This document shows positions 60,160-64,000 of a stretch of 64,000 nt of DNA, in pieces. The notes under the pieces are model-generated. The model searched no databases and had not been told where the DNA came from. It saw only the letters and a program-made list of their open reading frames with translations. The stretch spans positions 3,248 through 67,247 of the forward strand of contig JAZTXK010000068.1 in assembly GCA_045636385.1 (NCBI GenBank), given 5' to 3'. Numbering within the stretch: the stretch's first letter is position 1; the number at the start of each line of letters is the position of its first letter. The stretch comes from Eubacteriales bacterium (GTDB taxonomy: Bacteria > Bacillota > Clostridia > Oscillospirales > CAG-272). The translations under genes were made by a program, and so were the position numbers.

Positions 60160-60429
60160 AACAACCGTAAGTGGATTTTTGCTCAACTTACGGTTGTTTG
60201 GGTAAAAATGTACTGTTTTATGCTCGATAGGAGCACAAATTTAATTATCAACTGTGGGGGACATATACAATACTTCCCTACATTCCGGAAGTATTGTATA
60301 TGCCCAAAATCACGAAGCGGAGCTTCGTGATTTTGAAGCGGGATTGGCGAAGGCTGAAGCCTTCGCATTGAAATGAGGCGCCGCCTCAAACTCCGCCACC
60401 TTTTGAAAAAGGTGGACGAAAACTTTCCG
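60160..60429 (-). repeat. chain of long near-perfect hairpins ending in the shared CCACCTTTT..AAAAGGTGG module
   Basis: 13-bp stem at 60160..60198, 16-bp stem at 60262..60302, 13-bp stem at 60306..60334, GCGAAGGC-TGAA-GCCTTCGC at 60347..60366. 60394..60429 is identical to the reverse complement of 35337..35372. Lies directly downstream of pgsA. Confidence 0.75.
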
Positions 60430-60434
60430 CTTTT

Positions 60435-61061
60435 TTATTTTTCCGGATCCAAATAACTCCAATATGCCGCAAGATAATTGACGCCCGACCAGACGGTGAA
60501 GACGGTCATGAGCGCACAGAGGATAACTGTCGCGGGGGGATAGGTATTGAAAAAGTCGGGAAGGTCGGTTCCGCTTTTTTCGATGGTGGAATAGATCACG
60601 GGCTCGAGAAGAAGCACGATGATTGCGGACATCTGCGTTACCGTTTTGACCTTGCCGAGCCAGTTTGCCGCGATGACTACGCCCGAGGACGAGCTTACGA
60701 CAAGTCTGATCGAGGTCACGGCGAATTCGCGGAAGATGACCACGAGGACTGCCCAGAAGAGCCAGGTCTTCATCTGCTCGTAGCGGTAAAGGATGGCAAG
60801 CAGGCTTCCGAGAACGAGGAATTTGTCGGCAAGAGGATCCATAAACTTACCGAAATCGGTGATCAGATTATATTTCCTTGCAAGCTTGCCGTCGATCGCG
60901 TCGGTGATCGACGCGGCGGCGAAGATGACGAGAGCGATTATGGCGGTCAGGTTAGGGTCGAGCCACGTCTCGGGGATGAGGATGGCGGCGATGCAGACGG
61001 GAACCATAAACATTCGCATAACTGTCAGCTTATTCGGAAGATTCATCTTTGATTTTGCCAT
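60435..61061 (-). CDS. pgsA: CDP-diacylglycerol--glycerol-3-phosphate 3-phosphatidyltransferase
   Basis: Track ORF runs to 61073 (GTG). ATG 61061 follows GAGG. CDP-alcohol motif DAIDGKLARKYNLITDFGKFMDPLADK. Confidence 0.9.
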   Translation of the reverse strand: MAKSKMNLPNKLTVMRMFMVPVCIAAILIPETWLDPNLTAIIALVIFAAASITDAIDGKLARKYNLITDFGKFMDPLADKFLVLGSLLAILYRYEQMKTWLFWAVLVVIFREFAVTSIRLVVSSSSGVVIAANWLGKVKTVTQMSAIIVLLLEPVIYSTIEKSGTDLPDFFNTYPPATVILCALMTVFTVWSGVNYLAAYWSYLDPEK

Positions 61062-61069
61062 TTTTCGCC

Positions 61070-62407
61070 TCACGCTTCGGGGAAAAGCAGAGCCTTTCCG
61101 CAGAGATCGTAATCAAGCACGTCCTCGATCTTAACGCTGACGATGCTGCCGGGCGCGATGCGGCGGCGTGCGGAGAAGTATACCTTGCCGTCGATCTCGG
61201 GGGCATCCGCATCGCCGCGTCCGAAGTGCATCTCGGAAACGGGATCGAAGTCCTCAACGAGAACGCGGACGGTCTTGCCGATCATCGCCTCGTTCTTCTT
61301 TTCCATAATCGAATACTGGGTCTGCATAATGATATCGGCACGGTCGATCTTGACCTGCTCGTCGATCTGACCCTCGAATGTCGCCGCGGGAGTGCCCTCC
61401 TCGGGAGAGTAGGGGAATGCGCCGAGGCGATCGAATTCGGTTTCCTTGATGAACTCGCAAAGCTCCTCGAACGCCTCCTCGGTCTCGCCGGGGAAGCCGA
61501 CGATGACGGTTGAGCGCAGAGTGATGCCGGGAATGCGCTCGCGAAGCTTCTTTACAGCCGAGCGAACGGCTTCCTCACCGCCGTGGCGATTCATTCTGCG
61601 GAGAATGTCATTGTTGACGTGCTGAACGGGAATGTCGATATACTTGATAATGCGATCGTTATTTGCGATAACGTCGCAGAGCTCGTCTGTGATCTTGTCG
61701 GGATAGCAATAAAGCAGACGGTAGCGCGCTGTTTTGGTCGCCTTCAGAAGCTCTTCAAGGAGCTTCGAGAGCGAGTATTCGCCGTAGAGGTCAAGTCCGT
61801 AGCGGGTGGTGTCCTGTGCGATGACGATGATCTCCTTTGCTCCGAGCTCTTCGAGTCCGACGGCTTCCTTGACGATATCCTCCATCGGGCGGCTTCTGAA
61901 CTTGCCGCGGATATCGGGGATAGCGCAGTAGGTGCAACGGTTGTCGCATCCCTCTGCGATCTTGAGGTAGGTCCAATGCGCGGGAGTGGTCAGCACGCGG
62001 TCGCCGCCGAGCTCGACTTCGTCCTTGTCGAGGAAGGAGGAATATCCGCGGCCCTTTTCTTCAACGTATTTAACAGCCTCAACGATCTTGTGGATCGAGC
62101 CGACGCCGAGTATGGCATCGACCTCGGGGAATTCCTCGAGAACCGCCTCGCGATAACGCTCGGTCATACAGCCGGTTACGATGATGCCCTTGAGCGACTT
62201 GTTTTCCTTGAACCACGCAATATCGAGGATATTGTCGATGGCTTCCTTTTTTGCCGCCTCGATGAAGGCGCAGGTGTTGATGACGATGATATCAGCCTCT
62301 GTCTCGTCGGGAGTTATCTCGTATCCCGCCTCGAGAAGATGGTGAAGCATAACCTCGGTGTCAAGCTGATTTTTCGGACAGCCGAGTGAAACAAATCCTA
62401 TTTTCAT
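61070..62407 (-). CDS. rimO: ribosomal protein S12 methylthiotransferase
   Basis: 445 aa. UPF0004 N-terminus (GCPKN..NTCAF), radical-SAM CDNRCTYC, C-terminal TRAM domain. Confidence 0.9.
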   Translation of the reverse strand: MKIGFVSLGCPKNQLDTEVMLHHLLEAGYEITPDETEADIIVINTCAFIEAAKKEAIDNILDIAWFKENKSLKGIIVTGCMTERYREAVLEEFPEVDAILGVGSIHKIVEAVKYVEEKGRGYSSFLDKDEVELGGDRVLTTPAHWTYLKIAEGCDNRCTYCAIPDIRGKFRSRPMEDIVKEAVGLEELGAKEIIVIAQDTTRYGLDLYGEYSLSKLLEELLKATKTARYRLLYCYPDKITDELCDVIANNDRIIKYIDIPVQHVNNDILRRMNRHGGEEAVRSAVKKLRERIPGITLRSTVIVGFPGETEEAFEELCEFIKETEFDRLGAFPYSPEEGTPAATFEGQIDEQVKIDRADIIMQTQYSIMEKKNEAMIGKTVRVLVEDFDPVSEMHFGRGDADAPEIDGKVYFSARRRIAPGSIVSVKIEDVLDYDLCGKALLFPEA

Positions 62408-63405
62408 AAGTTAACGAACCCCAATTTTCTGCGGACCTTCGAGAGCGTCTTGCGTGCGTAGTAAGAAGCCTCGTCCGCGCCTTTTTTCATAACCTCTTCA
62501 AGATATGCCTTGTCTGCGAGAATGCGGCGGTATTCCTCCTGAACGGGAATGAGCTTGTCACAGCAAACCTGACCGACGGCGGTCTTGAAGTCGCCGTATC
62601 CCTTGCCGTCAAACTCGCGCTCGGCTTCCTCGATCGACTTGCCCGAGAAGCAGGAGTAGATGGTGAGAAGATTTGAAACGCCGGGCTTGTTTTCGGGATC
62701 GAAGCGAACTGCGCTGTCCGAGTCGGTGACGGCTCTCTTGAACTTGCGCATGATGGCGTCGGGAGTGTCGAGAATGCGAACAACGGCGTTCTCGTTTTCG
62801 TCGGATTTACTCATTTTCTGTGTCGGCTCTGCAAGCGACATGATCTTTGCGCCCGATTTTGCGATGATGGGCTCGGGCATAGCGAAGGTGTCGGGGTAGA
62901 GCTGGTTGAATCGGTCGGCGATGTTGCGGGCGAGCTCAAGATGCTGCTTCTGATCCGCACCGATCGGAACGACGTTGGTCTGATAAAGGAGAATATCTGC
63001 CGCCATAAGTACGGGATAGGTGAAAAGTCCCGCGTTGATGTTGTCGGCGTGCTTCTGGCTCTTGTCCTTGAACTGCGTCATGCGCGAAAGCTCGCCGAAC
63101 ATGGTGAAGCAGTTGAGCATCCAAGCCATTTCGGTGTGCGCGGGGACGTGGGACTGAACGTAGAGGGTGTTCTTTTCGGGGTCAAGACCGCAGGCGATGT
63201 AGAGCGCGAGGGTCTCATATGTGCGGCGGCGAAGCTCGGCGGGCACCTGACGAACGGTGATCGCGTGCTGGTCGACGACGCAGTAGAAGCATTTATACTG
63301 CTCGGAGTAGATGGGGAAGTTCTTGATCGCTCCGAGGTAGTTTCCGATTGTAAGGTTTCCGCTCGGCTGAACGCCCGAGAAGGAAACGGGTCTGTTATCT
63401 GTCAT
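62404..63405 (-). CDS. trpS: tryptophan--tRNA ligase
   Basis: 333 aa. GVQPSGNLTIGNYLG, GADQKQHLEL, KMSKS. ATGA overlap with rimO. Confidence 0.97.
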   Translation of the reverse strand: MTDNRPVSFSGVQPSGNLTIGNYLGAIKNFPIYSEQYKCFYCVVDQHAITVRQVPAELRRRTYETLALYIACGLDPEKNTLYVQSHVPAHTEMAWMLNCFTMFGELSRMTQFKDKSQKHADNINAGLFTYPVLMAADILLYQTNVVPIGADQKQHLELARNIADRFNQLYPDTFAMPEPIIAKSGAKIMSLAEPTQKMSKSDENENAVVRILDTPDAIMRKFKRAVTDSDSAVRFDPENKPGVSNLLTIYSCFSGKSIEEAEREFDGKGYGDFKTAVGQVCCDKLIPVQEEYRRILADKAYLEEVMKKGADEASYYARKTLSKVRRKLGFVNL

Positions 63406-63444
63406 TTTTCTTTACCTCTGTTTGTTTTATCTCTGTATATTTTA

Positions 63445-63597
63445 ATAAAATCAGTTTTTTCGGGGGCTTTGCCTCCGAAAAAACACCGCTTAGGCGAGCT
63501 GTGCGAGCCCGCGCGCCGAGGGGAGGGGTCAAAATCTGCGATTTTGACGGCGGCGATAAGCGCGCGTTTTCAATTGTAAAACGTAGTTTTACAATTG
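63445..63597 (-). repeat. 153-nt mosaic hairpin element, copy 2
   Basis: Collinear with 40450..40602. The palindrome CAATTGTAAAACTACGTTTTACAATTG contains the TAA stop of the upstream aminotransferase gene. Module GTCAAAATC-TGC-GATTTTGAC replaces GCAAAAATT-GAA-AATTTTTGC of copy 1. Confidence 0.85.
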
Positions 63598-64000
63598 GGT
63601 ATTCTCGAGCATTTCTCTTGCGACCTCGCCGAGGATCACGCACCCGCGCTCGATCTGCTCGTCGGAGGGAGTGGAATAGTTGAAGCGTACCGAATTTGAA
63701 GTGCCGTTTTCATCGGGGCAGAATGCCGTGCCGGGAACGATCGCGAGCTTGTTTTTAAGGCAACGTGCAACGAATTCGGTCATGTCGATACCCTCGGGGA
63801 GAGTGCACCAGACGAAGAGTCCGCCCTCGGGACGGGTGAACTTGAAGGACTTGGGGAGATTCTCGTCGAGACCCTTCATCATGATCGCGCACTTGCGGCG
63901 GTAGATCGCGCGGATCATCTCGATGTGACCGTCAAGGTCGCGCTCGGTGACGAAGCGGTGGCAGAGCATCTGGAAGAGCTGGTTGGTGTGAACGTCCTCA
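63589..64000 (-). CDS. PLP-dependent aminotransferase (class I/II), C-terminal part; 5' end outside the window
   Basis: The reading frame stays open to the window edge. C-terminal domain pattern FTRPEGGLFVWCTLPEG..AIVPGTAF..VRFNYS. Confidence 0.8.
   Translation of the reverse strand, partial: EDVHTNQLFQMLCHRFVTERDLDGHIEMIRAIYRRKCAIMMKGLDENLPKSFKFTRPEGGLFVWCTLPEGIDMTEFVARCLKNKLAIVPGTAFCPDENGTSNSVRFNYSTPSDEQIERGCVILGEVAREMLENTQL

Noticed and set aside
63406-63588. T-box leader upstream of trpS; also looked for upstream of tyrS and the aro operon.
   Set aside because: No T-box consensus block, specifier-loop arrangement or terminator/antiterminator pair typical of T-boxes could be found by eye. 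The trpS upstream region is a copy of the 153-nt mosaic repeat.

Overview
A 64-kb chromosomal segment, probably from a Gram-positive Clostridia-like anaerobe. That guess rests on GGAGG Shine-Dalgarno sites, TTGACA-17-(TGn)TATAAT promoters, many Cys-lipobox lipoproteins, and lepA-hemW and rimO-pgsA synteny. I count about 57 protein genes and 2 tRNAs.

Most of the window is housekeeping:
- a six-gene shikimate/chorismate operon with two fusion genes
- tyrS, trpS, lepA, hemW, eno, an ATP-dependent and a PPi-dependent phosphofructokinase, rimO, pgsA, cinA and mscS

Interspersed accessory genes include:
- a GH29 fucosidase cluster
- SGNH, GHL10 and NPP hydrolases
- a LarA-like racemase next to glycerate kinase
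- many lipoproteins of unknown function

I see no integrase, transposase, phage gene, CRISPR array or recognisable defence system.

The least ordinary content is:
1. A CUT1-type ABC importer operon that ends in a lipoprotein thermonuclease and a double-OB-fold lipoprotein. It is a candidate system for capturing, degrading and importing extracellular DNA.
2. A lipoprotein carrying the GT80 sialyltransferase motif set.
3. A non-coding layer of orientation-locked structured repeats sitting just after stop codons: GTGCAGA heptad arrays with a conserved hairpin, a TTGTAAAACTGCGTTTTACAA palindrome, 125-153-nt mosaic hairpin elements with compensatory stem substitutions, and arrays of mini-hairpins.
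4. A structured aro-operon leader with terminator/antiterminator potential and no T-box.

All function calls come from reading motifs in the translations by eye. No database search or folding program was run. Coordinates of small sites were counted by hand and may be off by 1-2 nt.
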